This document shows positions 19,842-28,932 of a stretch of DNA of 64,000 nt, piece by piece. The notes under the pieces are model-generated. The model was not told where the DNA came from. It saw only the letters and a list, made by a program, of their open reading frames with translations, and searched no databases. Made by a program: the position numbers and the translations under genes. The stretch is from a phage, in the sequence record PX880103.1, one strand, 5' to 3'. The stretch's first letter is position 1; the number at the start of each line of letters is the position of its first letter.

Positions 19842-20756
19842 TTAAGATTTAAGTAAATCAACAATTTTAATTAACTTTTCACGCTCAGATTTAGCTTTAC
19901 TACTCAGTCCAGATAGTCTGAAAATTTCATCATCATATTGCTGAATAGAAATATTCAGCTCTTCAATCTGCTTATTAAAATAATCAATTTGTTCAGAATG
20001 TTTTTCGTTACTACGAAATGGTACAGGTTTTGTAGGCAATTTAGTTAAACTGGATTCATCCGGGCGATAAATTAAAATACAATTTGAACCAATCGGGCAT
20101 TTTGCCCCAGATGAATATTCTAATGTTCCAGCTTCTTTTAAAATTTCAAAAGCTAAACAGAGATGATGCCCCATATTAACATAATCTGTAGAGTGAGCTC
20201 TGACGTAATAATCATCTCCACGAGTGCTAAATTTAAAGCATTTAAGGTCTTCTGTATTATTGGTCTTAAAAATCATTTGTTTATCTAGACCTTTAGCTAA
20301 TCGAGCGCCTAATGCTAATAATCGTCGTTGATTTTCCCACAAATCCGCAATCATTTGATCGAATGATAATTTCGGCATTAGTCGACCATAAAGGTCATAT
20401 CCTTTATTATAATTGCGAAGGATTTCACTCGCATTAATACGAGACAACGCTCCAATTTTATTAAGGGCTTTCATGATGCGATTAGATAAACTCATTCCAG
20501 ACCCATTTGTTCGCTGTAAATGTTTTTCTAATCCAAATCCAATATCAACTTTAAATTTATCTAAAATTTTGGCATGAACATCTCTGTCAATAACATTCAA
20601 ATCCAAAGTTGGGTTAAATCTATGAAAAAATTTATCTGGCTCTCCACGACGAAGTACAGTCCATTCATTCATCATTTTTTTATTAACTAAGGATTTAATT
20701 ACTGCATTGACATTATTAATTACTACTGACATATTTTCCTCACTCAATTTTACCAA
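19842..20756 (-). CDS. hypothetical protein with C-terminal coiled coil (paralog 4)
   Basis: 304 aa, C-terminal ...IEELNISIQQYDDEIFRLSGLSSKAKSEREKLIKIVDLLKS. Confidence 0.5.
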   Translation of the reverse strand: MVKLSEENMSVVINNVNAVIKSLVNKKMMNEWTVLRRGEPDKFFHRFNPTLDLNVIDRDVHAKILDKFKVDIGFGLEKHLQRTNGSGMSLSNRIMKALNKIGALSRINASEILRNYNKGYDLYGRLMPKLSFDQMIADLWENQRRLLALGARLAKGLDKQMIFKTNNTEDLKCFKFSTRGDDYYVRAHSTDYVNMGHHLCLAFEILKEAGTLEYSSGAKCPIGSNCILIYRPDESSLTKLPTKPVPFRSNEKHSEQIDYFNKQIEELNISIQQYDDEIFRLSGLSSKAKSEREKLIKIVDLLKS

Positions 20757-21141
20757 TTACGCGGAATAAGATTGAACAAACTATATAAGTACCACATATA
20801 GATTGAACTAATGCCATTCCAAAGAACCAAACAATATTATCAAACCATGTCTGTTTTACGTCGAAAGGACGTAAACTTACAGTAATATTATCGCCTTTTT
20901 CTATTGAAGAATACATCTCCGGTGAAATATATTCGCTAAATCTATAACCGTCTTTGAGTTCATATACAGCAATAAACGATAAACTAGACCCCTTTCCTTG
21001 AGTTCCTGTAAGGGTATTAACTACAGTAACATCATAATCTTTATAATGCATATAATCATTAATAGCATAATAACCATATGCAACTACTATACATAAACAA
21101 CATATCAATAAATTCAATCTTTTAATTATCAACTGTTTCAT
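20740..21141 (-). CDS. membrane protein
   Basis: 133 aa, N-terminal and C-terminal hydrophobic helices. Confidence 0.45.
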   Translation of the reverse strand: MKQLIIKRLNLLICCLCIVVAYGYYAINDYMHYKDYDVTVVNTLTGTQGKGSSLSFIAVYELKDGYRFSEYISPEMYSSIEKGDNITVSLRPFDVKQTWFDNIVWFFGMALVQSICGTYIVCSILFRVIGKIE

Positions 21142-21196
21142 AATAATCTCAATTAAAAGGGCTTAGAACCATTATACCATCCTTGGTATAAAGCGG

Positions 21197-21724
21197 TTAT
21201 GCGAGTACCGTCTTTAACCGTTCTTCAAACTTCCGAAGAGTATTCTGGCGTTCAGCTCTTTGCTTTTTGTAAGTTTCAATACGCTCTGAAATGAGAGTGT
21301 ATCGTTCATTTACTGATTCTTTCATAAAATCAGGAATTTCACGAGAAGCTTTAATCTCATCAAATTTATCAATAACAGCTTGCTCTTCAGCAATTAAGTT
21401 ATCATACATCAAAATATCTTTCTTGATGAACTCAATATCTTCTTGAGTTACACGAGATAATTTAGATGCTTTATCCTTTTTGTACTGTTCGTTAGTATCA
21501 CGAGACCAGTGTAATGTACGATTTTTATTCGTATTCTTGTAAATTTCTACAATACCAATCTCATCAATAATAACGATCCAATTCCAACGGGATTTGTAAA
21601 TTTGTCCTCCATCAACCGTGATTTCACCTCCGATTGAGATGTCATTAAAGAACTTGCTTTGTGCTTCTGATTTAAATTTACCATCGTTGTAATTTACCAG
21701 GTTGAAAATATCTTTAGCGTTCAT
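21197..21724 (-). CDS. hypothetical protein
   Basis: 175 aa from ATG (MNAKDIFNLV...); upstream extension is promoter sequence. Confidence 0.45.
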   Translation of the reverse strand: MNAKDIFNLVNYNDGKFKSEAQSKFFNDISIGGEITVDGGQIYKSRWNWIVIIDEIGIVEIYKNTNKNRTLHWSRDTNEQYKKDKASKLSRVTQEDIEFIKKDILMYDNLIAEEQAVIDKFDEIKASREIPDFMKESVNERYTLISERIETYKKQRAERQNTLRKFEERLKTVLA

Positions 21725-21744
21725 TTTGTGTTCCTCCGTAGTTG

Positions 21745-21781
21745 ATAGTTGTATAGTACCACAGAGGAACGGTCTTGTAAA
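21745..21781 (-). promoter_or_regulatory. T4-type early promoter candidate (repeated cassette)
   Basis: Minus strand GTTTAC ... TGGTACTATACAACTATCAAC; same cassette recurs at 23175, 26737, 37908. Confidence 0.45.
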
Positions 21782-21784
21782 CAA

Positions 21785-22099
21785 CTAAAAGAAACTTCTT
21801 TCACAATTTTTTCCACTGAACCACGCGCTCACTGCTTTCTTAGTCTCAGGAGCAGTGTTATCCATAAACCATTCAAAAGCAGCCTTTTTATGATTCTGGA
21901 GGGCTTCTCGGGCTTTAATCTGCTCACGGTCTATTAACACTAACATATGAGCCTTTCTTGTCACCAGGGGCTTCTTATGATTTTTTGAATACTCCCAATC
22001 ATTTGTCCATCGCATCGTTGTTGCGAATTGAAGTACAGCTTCTTTAATCTTAGTTTCGTAAATTTCACGAGCCTTTGAGTATAACATCATTACCTCCAT
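21785..22099 (-). CDS. hypothetical protein
   Basis: 104 aa ORF. Confidence 0.4.
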   Translation of the reverse strand: MEVMMLYSKAREIYETKIKEAVLQFATTMRWTNDWEYSKNHKKPLVTRKAHMLVLIDREQIKAREALQNHKKAAFEWFMDNTAPETKKAVSAWFSGKNCERSFF

Positions 22100-22188
22100 T
22101 TACCAGTTTAATTTTAGTCATCTTTTTGATGGCAGTCCATATAATCTATTTCTGAACTGCCTTTTTGTCATAGAAGTCCTCTTATGAA

Positions 22189-23157
22189 TTATTTCAGAAG
22201 AGTAACCTCAGCAATTTCTTCCCAACCGTTTTTGTCGGTCATAATAAAGTCAGCAAGATAAAGAGCGGTACGCAGTGAAACATTGCGTAAACGGTTAACA
22301 TTGACTTTCATCCATGATAATGCTTTATAAGTTTCTTCATCAGAAAGACCGCGCTTTTGCATCATGTCGGTTGAAAGAATAACATCTTCAACCCTGACCA
22401 TAATTTCTTCATTAGTGTGAACACCCAAATCTAAATAAACTGAGCGGGACACTAATGCTTGTAAATGTGGAGCAAGTTTAGTACCACGGTCTAATTCGCG
22501 GTCAATATCAACGTTTGTGATAAAAACAATTGTTCCTTTAAATTCAAACTCACGATCAATGCCTTTTTCTTCTAAGTAAGAAGATGCAGTGCTCCAGCAG
22601 ACTTTACGGGTCTCTCCAGTGTCCAGAGCAGCTTTCAGAAGATTAAGAATGTCCATATCAGAAAAAACATCCACATCATCAATCAAAAGGACAGAATTCT
22701 CTTCACGATTATTCCAAAGCTGCTCATAAAGACCGATACCAGAGATTTTACCATTAATGCTTTTATACTCAATGTATCCAATATCATTTGCTTTATTCAA
22801 AGCTTTATCTAAAGAATACGTTTTACCAATACCCGCCGCACCAGAGATAATTAATGAACGAATATTTCCGTTAATAATACCATTCGTCATCATTCCCATA
22901 ACATTAAATCTTTTATTAATGCGGGTTTTCATATCTTCATATGATTCTTTAACTTCTTCAACTTTTACACCATCATATGAAATGTCTGATTTATAAACCC
23001 AAACACCGCGACGTTTACCATCAATTTCAACAAAAACTTTACCGTCTCCTTGTGCATCTACCGGAGCATTATCTGGGAACCATTCGCCTAAGAGTTCAAA
23101 GGTTCCAGAGATTTCTTTACCGAAGTAGATACCCTTATTGATAGTTACAGTTTTCAT
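22189..23157 (-). CDS. P-loop ATPase (AAA-like)
   Basis: Walker A GAAGIGKT, Walker B VLLIDDVD; ATG start MKTVTINKG at 23157. Confidence 0.6.
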   Translation of the reverse strand: MKTVTINKGIYFGKEISGTFELLGEWFPDNAPVDAQGDGKVFVEIDGKRRGVWVYKSDISYDGVKVEEVKESYEDMKTRINKRFNVMGMMTNGIINGNIRSLIISGAAGIGKTYSLDKALNKANDIGYIEYKSINGKISGIGLYEQLWNNREENSVLLIDDVDVFSDMDILNLLKAALDTGETRKVCWSTASSYLEEKGIDREFEFKGTIVFITNVDIDRELDRGTKLAPHLQALVSRSVYLDLGVHTNEEIMVRVEDVILSTDMMQKRGLSDEETYKALSWMKVNVNRLRNVSLRTALYLADFIMTDKNGWEEIAEVTLLK

Positions 23158-23174
23158 TTTATTCTCCAAATCCG

Positions 23175-23211
23175 TATCAGTTGATAGTTGTATAGTACCA
23201 TAAAGCTTTAT
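23175..23211 (-). promoter_or_regulatory. T4-type early promoter candidate (repeated cassette)
   Basis: Minus strand TTTCACAAAGTTGTTTAC ... TGGTACTATACAACTATCAA. Confidence 0.45.
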
Positions 23212-23250
23212 GCTTGTAAACAACTTTGTGAAAAATTTTTGAAATAAAAA

Positions 23251-23270
23251 AGGGAGCCCGAAGGCTCCCT
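23251..23270 (-). terminator. stem-loop with UUCG tetraloop
   Basis: AGGGAGCC-CGAA-GGCTCCCT after nucleotidyltransferase-like ORF, A run upstream on plus strand. Confidence 0.5.
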
Positions 23271-23271
23271 A

Positions 23272-24285
23272 TCATTTATAATAACTTCGATGGTTTTCAA
23301 GATAGACCTTCTCAAGGAAGTCATCCCAGAAACTCATGTCTACTTTTTGCTGCATACCGTTCTTAGAAGCTTCAGTAGATGCTGCTTCTACTTGATCGAC
23401 CACATCTTCCAAAAACTCTTGAACCGTTTTAAATGGATGTTTACCCAACTTCACGTCGAGAATAAATGGAGCATCTTGGAGTGGATAAATCAAGTCGCCA
23501 GTTTTGTAAATTTCCAATAGTTGGAGTCCACCACGACAAGCATGGCTCAGAGCTTTCCAGTCAATACCTTCGTTGGCTTCGGCCTTACGAGCACGTTCAC
23601 CATATTCAGCATCTAATTTGTTCAGTGACTGCTTAAGCTCAATAAGAGAAAGCGTTGTCTGATATTTACGACCCAACACAGTGTAGAACGTTTGTGGGCC
23701 TGTTTTCTCATGATTATGGAACACCCATTCACAGAATTCGTTTTCTGGAAGACGATGCTTAATATCTTCAACTTTAGTGCGACGCTGCTTAATAGAACCA
23801 TCTTCTTGGTAATCAACCCATTGCTCAGGGATTTGATTAACTACTTTCAATACATCACGTAATGCAGCCAAACGAGAACCCTTGACACCGTATTTAGAAG
23901 CTTGCTTGCGGACATATCCTAAATATGATTTCATGTTAGTCGTATAAAAACGAGAACGGTTGTCTTGAATAAACTTCCACACATCAGGCAAATCAGATTT
24001 AACCACTAGTTCAGGTGGAGTGTGAAGCATATCTAATGCTACGGTTTCACCATCTGCTGCTAATTTAAAGAAATATTTAAGACTGTATAGTTCATGGTCA
24101 ATATCATCTTTAGTGTTTTTAGATGATGTGTTGTTAGTGTTTTTACTCATGTGCTCTTTGACATTTCCGATAAGAATATCACGAGCAGGAGGAACAAAAA
24201 TTTCTTTAAAATCTACATCAGATTCTGGGGTAGAAGTTCCATAAAGATGACTACCAAAATAGCTTTTCATTACTGTTTTCATCAT
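23272..24285 (-). CDS. Pol-beta superfamily nucleotidyltransferase-like protein
   Basis: 337 aa, N-terminal motif GSHLYGTSTPESDVDF (G[GS]x(9-13)DxD) plus downstream acidic residues (DIDHE, LDML). Confidence 0.5.
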   Translation of the reverse strand: MMKTVMKSYFGSHLYGTSTPESDVDFKEIFVPPARDILIGNVKEHMSKNTNNTSSKNTKDDIDHELYSLKYFFKLAADGETVALDMLHTPPELVVKSDLPDVWKFIQDNRSRFYTTNMKSYLGYVRKQASKYGVKGSRLAALRDVLKVVNQIPEQWVDYQEDGSIKQRRTKVEDIKHRLPENEFCEWVFHNHEKTGPQTFYTVLGRKYQTTLSLIELKQSLNKLDAEYGERARKAEANEGIDWKALSHACRGGLQLLEIYKTGDLIYPLQDAPFILDVKLGKHPFKTVQEFLEDVVDQVEAASTEASKNGMQQKVDMSFWDDFLEKVYLENHRSYYK

Positions 24286-24743
24286 TCAGCCTTATATTCA
24301 ATAACAGGACATACTTTAGCTTTACGAGCTTTTAAAAATTCGACGATAATCGATTTCTTGGGTTGAATAGGAGGTAAACCTTTATACGCTCTATCAATAT
24401 TTTCTACGTGTAAAGCATAATCCTTTTTCCATTTATAATCTTTATATTTTTCATGCAAATGTGCAGGAATAACAAATGAACCGATAATAAGTAAAACAAC
24501 CAAAAGCGCAAGTATAAATGCCGATGGAAGAAGAGTCCATAAACTACCGAAAATAAGCCAACGTTGTAGGCTTTCTGCACAAATAATTGTTAGCCCTACG
24601 AGTATAGCACATCCAAAAATAGAAACGAAAAATGTAGGAATGGCAATAGACCAAAAATATGCGCATAGTGTCTTAGGTCGTTGCCATTCATCGTTAAACA
24701 ATTTGAATAATTTATAATGCCAAGAGTTTTCATTAATAATCAT
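24282..24743 (-). CDS. membrane protein
   Basis: 153 aa, three hydrophobic segments. Confidence 0.45.
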   Translation of the reverse strand: MIINENSWHYKLFKLFNDEWQRPKTLCAYFWSIAIPTFFVSIFGCAILVGLTIICAESLQRWLIFGSLWTLLPSAFILALLVVLLIIGSFVIPAHLHEKYKDYKWKKDYALHVENIDRAYKGLPPIQPKKSIIVEFLKARKAKVCPVIEYKAE

Positions 24744-24745
24744 AA

Positions 24746-25267
24746 TTATCCTTTCATTGAAGGCGTAACGGTTGTTAAATACTTAATCATAGCTTCAGCT
24801 TCTGATTTTGATAATGAAATTTCTCCATTGTTTTGACGAATAGAAATAAAATCCGGATGACGGTCACCACCAGCTTTTAAAACACACATATAAGTATCAG
24901 TTTCACCTTCAATATTTGAAATGATTGAAGCAGTTCCACATGAATGCGGTTTTTGATAAATCAATGCAGCTTTTCTTCCGCCATTTGACTGCTCATAGGC
25001 TTTTAATACATCAAGCAAATCAGTTCTTTTATCAATAGCTAAAATGTTATTTTCATCTTCAATGTTAAATCCTTCGGATACTTCATAAAGTGTTACCCAT
25101 AAATCACTAATGTCAATAACAGCATTTACTTTTCCACGGCTTTCAAGAGTATGACAAATTTTCTTGATTTCGTCATAACTCATTTTAATAATATCATCTC
25201 CTTGACTAAGGAAGATGTCATTTTTAAATTCAACACGAATTAAACCGCTTCCACTTGAAATAAACAT
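24746..25267 (-). CDS. hypothetical protein (tandem paralog A)
   Basis: 173 aa; C-terminus SKSEAEAMIKYLTTVTPSM resembles C-terminus of next ORF. Confidence 0.45.
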   Translation of the reverse strand: MFISSGSGLIRVEFKNDIFLSQGDDIIKMSYDEIKKICHTLESRGKVNAVIDISDLWVTLYEVSEGFNIEDENNILAIDKRTDLLDVLKAYEQSNGGRKAALIYQKPHSCGTASIISNIEGETDTYMCVLKAGGDRHPDFISIRQNNGEISLSKSEAEAMIKYLTTVTPSMKG

Positions 25268-25273
25268 ATTTCC

Positions 25274-25819
25274 TCACTTTGAAATCATAGTTGGAATAAC
25301 AGAATCAAGATAAGTTTTTAGTGCAATAGCTTCGTCTTTGGTAAATGTGACAATATGTGCTCGAAAATCGTCAATTTGACGAATAGTTAAGACATCTCCA
25401 TCTTCATAACATTTTGATACGTTTAAAACAGTTTCATCATTCTGATTGCAAGCGTTAGTAATAATAGCATTGCAATTTTTAAACCATTTTAAACTATGTT
25501 TTCTTTCATTAGAATAATAAAAATATTTAATCTTATCTATAAAACTATCCCAATGGATAACTGATAAGCATATTGACTCGCTTTCAATATTAAATCCTGG
25601 GCATGAAGAATAAAAATGAATTTTATGCTCATCATTAATGCTTACAATTTTATCAGTATAAGGATTTTCAATTTTGGTTAAATGAATGATTTCACTAGGC
25701 GTAAAATACAGCATATCGTCTTCTTGTGTCAAACGATACATATTATTTACTTTTTCTATAGCCAATTCACCAAAAAGTGAACTAACTTCTAATACTAATC
25801 GTTTCGCCGCTACCGTCAT
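25274..25819 (-). CDS. hypothetical protein (tandem paralog B)
   Basis: 181 aa; C-terminus TKDEAIALKTYLDSVIPTM. Confidence 0.45.
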   Translation of the reverse strand: MTVAAKRLVLEVSSLFGELAIEKVNNMYRLTQEDDMLYFTPSEIIHLTKIENPYTDKIVSINDEHKIHFYSSCPGFNIESESICLSVIHWDSFIDKIKYFYYSNERKHSLKWFKNCNAIITNACNQNDETVLNVSKCYEDGDVLTIRQIDDFRAHIVTFTKDEAIALKTYLDSVIPTMISK

Positions 25820-25949
25820 TACATACTCCTCTGAATCATATCAATAATGTTGTTCACCAAATTATAAGTAAACATTGGGTAATTATATTGAATCATCACA
25901 TACACAACAAACAAAACTTTCATTCTCTTCTCCTTGGCAGTTGACAAGA

Positions 25950-25981
25950 TTACTATATCATAACCTTGCCAACTTGTAAAC
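25950..25981 (-). promoter_or_regulatory. T4-type early promoter candidate
   Basis: Minus strand GTTTAC-N18-TATAGT. Confidence 0.35.
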
Positions 25982-25983
25982 CA

Positions 25984-26157
25984 TTAAATGACGTTTTCAA
26001 TAAAATTCTGAAGCTTTGTGTGAGCATCAACCATGATTTTCATTTCTTCTTTGGCGAAAGCTGTACCTCTTTCCCGAGAAGAACATTCATAGTCAGAAAC
26101 TGCGTTAGCATATTCTTCAATTAGTTTCATTAAAAACATCTGCTTTTCAGTTTTCAT
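25984..26157 (-). CDS. small hypothetical protein
   Basis: 57 aa ATG ORF (MKTEKQMFLMK...), below ORF-track cutoff. Confidence 0.25.
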   Translation of the reverse strand: MKTEKQMFLMKLIEEYANAVSDYECSSRERGTAFAKEEMKIMVDAHTKLQNFIENVI

Positions 26158-26341
26158 TATTCCACCTAATCATTTCAAGATATTGAACTAACTTAGCTTT
26201 AGATTTATCCAAATCCTTTTTAGCTGCTTCTATACCGTCGTATGAATATCCTTCACAATGCTCAACTGCTAATTGATATGAATCTATTTCAATATCACGT
26301 GCTAATTTAATGATTTTTTCAAACTGTTCGCGTGTTAGCAT
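26147..26341 (-). CDS. hypothetical protein
   Basis: 64 aa ORF. Confidence 0.35.
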   Translation of the reverse strand: MLTREQFEKIIKLARDIEIDSYQLAVEHCEGYSYDGIEAAKKDLDKSKAKLVQYLEMIRWNNEN

Positions 26342-26343
26342 AC

Positions 26344-26562
26344 TTAAACTCTCGTATTATGATCGATAATTTCATCAAGAAACATATCTAACGCTTCTAA
26401 AGCATTATCAACTTTAGCTTCAAATTCTTCAATACCTGATAAGGCAAAGTTAATGCGCTCCTCATCTGCTTTACGAATTAAAGCTACCAATTCCTTAATT
26501 TTATCAGCTTGTTCGATACTAATCATTATTCCACCACATATGAAAGAGAGAATATTGCACAC
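26344..26562 (-). CDS. hypothetical protein
   Basis: 72 aa acidic ORF. Confidence 0.35.
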
Positions 26563-26714
26563 GCCATGTGAGTTGCAACTTCATCACACATATTATAACG
26601 TTTCTTAAGAAGTTCTACAAGTTCTTCACTAGTAACTTCATCCATGTCGACGAAAAAATCACCATTAATGATGACGTAGATATTTCCTTCTTGATTGAGT
26701 GCTTCAATTTTCAT
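26526..26714 (-). CDS. hypothetical protein
   Basis: 62 aa from ATG ([10 protein letters not shown]...); extension overlaps promoter motif. Confidence 0.35.
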
Positions 26715-26736
26715 GATGTTCTCCTCTTTATCCGAT

Positions 26737-26772
26737 GGTTGTATAGTACCACAGCTCAAACGGAAAGTAAAC
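26737..26772 (-). promoter_or_regulatory. T4-type early promoter candidate (repeated cassette)
   Basis: Minus strand GTTTAC ... TGGTACTATACAACC. Confidence 0.4.
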
Positions 26773-26787
26773 CGGTAAAATGAAAAA

Positions 26788-26805
26788 AGTCTCCCGAAGG
26801 AGACT
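26788..26805 (-). terminator. stem-loop with UUCG tetraloop
   Basis: AGTCTCC-CGAA-GGAGACT after ORF 26810-27196. Confidence 0.5.
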
Positions 26806-26809
26806 AATG

Positions 26810-27196
26810 TTATTCGAGGGAAAGAAGATACTTACTCTGGTAAAACATTCCAGTAATATCATCTATCGTGCTTTGGATGGCTGGAGGCATTTCTTTATAA
26901 ATGCTGTTAGATTGGTCTAGTATGCGATCAATCATTTTAATTGTGTCGGTAGGAAGTTTACTGGCATCTGGAATTGAAGGTGTGTATTTTCGACCAGAAT
27001 ACCCCAAATATTGCTCACCAAATTTATCAATCAAATCTGGCAACTCGGAGAAAATAAAATCGTATGCTTTGTGTCTAGCATAACTTTTAGTTTCAAAATG
27101 TGCAGAATGAAAATAAGCTTGTGCAGCCATTAATAAACCTAAGTATTCATCTGCCTTTGAAGGTTTTCCACTTTGTGAAAAGTCGCTGAATTTCAT
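26810..27196 (-). CDS. hypothetical protein (rI.-1-like)
   Basis: 128 aa ORF directly downstream of rI. Confidence 0.45.
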
Positions 27197-27486
27197 TCAG
27201 TCTCCAATTTAATGTTCATAATTCTAGCGTATGATTGTGCCATCTCCGCGCCTCGTTCTATACATTCAAAATCAGAAGAGCACGGGTCATTTTTATAGGT
27301 CGTTCTCATAAAACTATAGAATTGTTCAGACGATTCTACGCTTTTATTTTCAAAAAGTGTATAAACGTGCCTAATACCAGATTCCATAAATTTATCAAAA
27401 TGAGGATCGACATTCGCTTCAATTGATGGAGATAAAACAAATGACAATCCTAGCATGGCAAAAAGTGCCGTTGCTTTTAAGGCCAT
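27193..27486 (-). CDS. rI: lysis inhibition regulator RI
   Basis: 97 aa, MALKATALFAMLGLSFVLSPSIEANVDPHFDKFMESGIRHVY..., signal-anchor N-terminus, matches recalled T4 RI. Confidence 0.85.
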   Translation of the reverse strand: MALKATALFAMLGLSFVLSPSIEANVDPHFDKFMESGIRHVYTLFENKSVESSEQFYSFMRTTYKNDPCSSDFECIERGAEMAQSYARIMNIKLETE

Positions 27487-27498
27487 AAAGGCCTCCTA

Positions 27499-27711
27499 TC
27501 ATTTTTGTCCTGTATTTACTTTATGCCGATGCACGGCCTTAACTTTATCAAGGTATTTTTCAAAATTTCGCAATCTAGTATAGTCTGCCAGAGATTGGTT
27601 GAGTGATACTTCTCGACGCAAAGCTGAAATGATATTTCCAACTTCCCTACGAATTTCATCTAATTGAAGCACAGTAAGATTGCGAAGTTGCTTTTCAGTT
27701 AATTGTAGCAT
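27499..27711 (-). CDS. hypothetical protein (rI.1-like)
   Basis: 70 aa ORF. Confidence 0.4.
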   Translation of the reverse strand: MLQLTEKQLRNLTVLQLDEIRREVGNIISALRREVSLNQSLADYTRLRNFEKYLDKVKAVHRHKVNTGQK

Positions 27712-27739
27712 ATATACCCCTTTAGTTAGATAAACCTAT

Positions 27740-28336
27740 TTATAACTTTTGCACTAACCGAGTTTTTTTAGTTAATTCATTCCAATGTTTTCTACACAAA
27801 GAAACATAAATTTCATCACCAATACAGATTTGATTACCTTCTTTAACAGGTGTTCCATCTTCCATTAATCGAGCTGTCATAATCGCTTTTTTACCGCAAT
27901 GACAAACCGCCTTTAGTTCAATAAGTTTATCTGCAATCGCTAAAAGTTCTTTAGAACCTTCAAACAATTTTCCAGCGAAATCAGTCCTTAATCCATAAGC
28001 CATAACAGGAACATTATATGTATCAACAATTCGGCTCAATTGATGCACTTGTTCAGTTTTTAAAAACTGAGCTTCATCTACAAATACGCAATGAATATCT
28101 TTTTGTGCTTCAGCCCATTTATAGAACTCGAAAATATCCATATCATCTGTAATAATATTCGCTTCCTGCTTAATTCCAATGCGAGAAACGACTTCACAGA
28201 CAGAATCGCGAGTATCAATAGCAGGCTTAAGAACTAATACACTCATTCCACGTTCTTTATAATTATGTGCAGCAGTCAAAAGAGAAGCAGATTTTCCAGC
28301 ATTCATTGCTGCATAAGTAAAAATTAAACTCGCCAT
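27740..28336 (-). CDS. tk: thymidine kinase
   Basis: 198 aa, P-loop AMNAGKSASLL, C-terminal Zn cysteines CHCGKKA...C..H. Confidence 0.9.
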   Translation of the reverse strand: MASLIFTYAAMNAGKSASLLTAAHNYKERGMSVLVLKPAIDTRDSVCEVVSRIGIKQEANIITDDMDIFEFYKWAEAQKDIHCVFVDEAQFLKTEQVHQLSRIVDTYNVPVMAYGLRTDFAGKLFEGSKELLAIADKLIELKAVCHCGKKAIMTARLMEDGTPVKEGNQICIGDEIYVSLCRKHWNELTKKTRLVQKL

Positions 28337-28337
28337 C

Positions 28338-28526
28338 TTAGTCCTTAGTTAAATTTTCTAAATATGTTTCTAAATCATTTTCAGCTTTATCGATAGATTT
28401 TACTAATTCGTAATATGTTTCGGCATCTCCATAATCAGAAGATAATTCAAAAGACAAATCCTTTTCTAAACTAACAATTTCACCAACTAAAAATAATATT
28501 TCGTTCTTTTGTTCGCGAGTAATCAT
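28338..28526 (-). CDS. hypothetical protein (tk.1-like)
   Basis: 62 aa acidic ORF. Confidence 0.35.
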   Translation of the reverse strand: MITREQKNEILFLVGEIVSLEKDLSFELSSDYGDAETYYELVKSIDKAENDLETYLENLTKD

Positions 28527-28714
28527 AAGGAATTTATATAATTAATAAGTTCTTGTTCTTTATTATCGAATTCTTTAGAAAGTTCTTCGTATTCATTTAC
28601 GTTAAAAGGACCGCATTCATTACAAACTCTTTCTAATTCACTATTTTTATCCATAACTTCGTGGATAAGAGAAAAGAGTTTGTCTTTTTGTTCTTTACTT
28701 AAACTCATAACCAT
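28523..28714 (-). CDS. hypothetical protein (tk.2-like)
   Basis: 63 aa acidic ORF. Confidence 0.35.
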   Translation of the reverse strand: MVMSLSKEQKDKLFSLIHEVMDKNSELERVCNECGPFNVNEYEELSKEFDNKEQELINYINSL

Positions 28715-28932
28715 GTCACCTTTAAGCAGTATTCTTCTACATGCTGTTTACGACCTTTCTTATCAATAAAGGTATATTCAACGAATGTTCCAATGTAGTC
28801 TTTATCTACATCATGTGGACTATTAATTGGACATTTAGTACGGCAAATGCGTTCCCATTGACGAATAATTACTGCCTTATTCTTTGGGTCATATGGATGT
28901 GGATAATGTATATTCATAATAACGGTTCCCAA
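28705..28932 (-). CDS. hypothetical protein (tk.3-like)
   Basis: 75 aa ORF. Confidence 0.35.
   Translation of the reverse strand: MGTVIMNIHYPHPYDPKNKAVIIRQWERICRTKCPINSPHDVDKDYIGTFVEYTFIDKKGRKQHVEEYCLKVTWL

Noticed and set aside
21172-21191. Palindrome TTATACCA-tcct-TGGTATAA as an operator site
   Set aside because: It is best explained as an extended -10 element (TGGTATAAT) on the minus strand; similar spacer palindromes at 18791 and 17730 have variable arms, so a specific operator is not supported.
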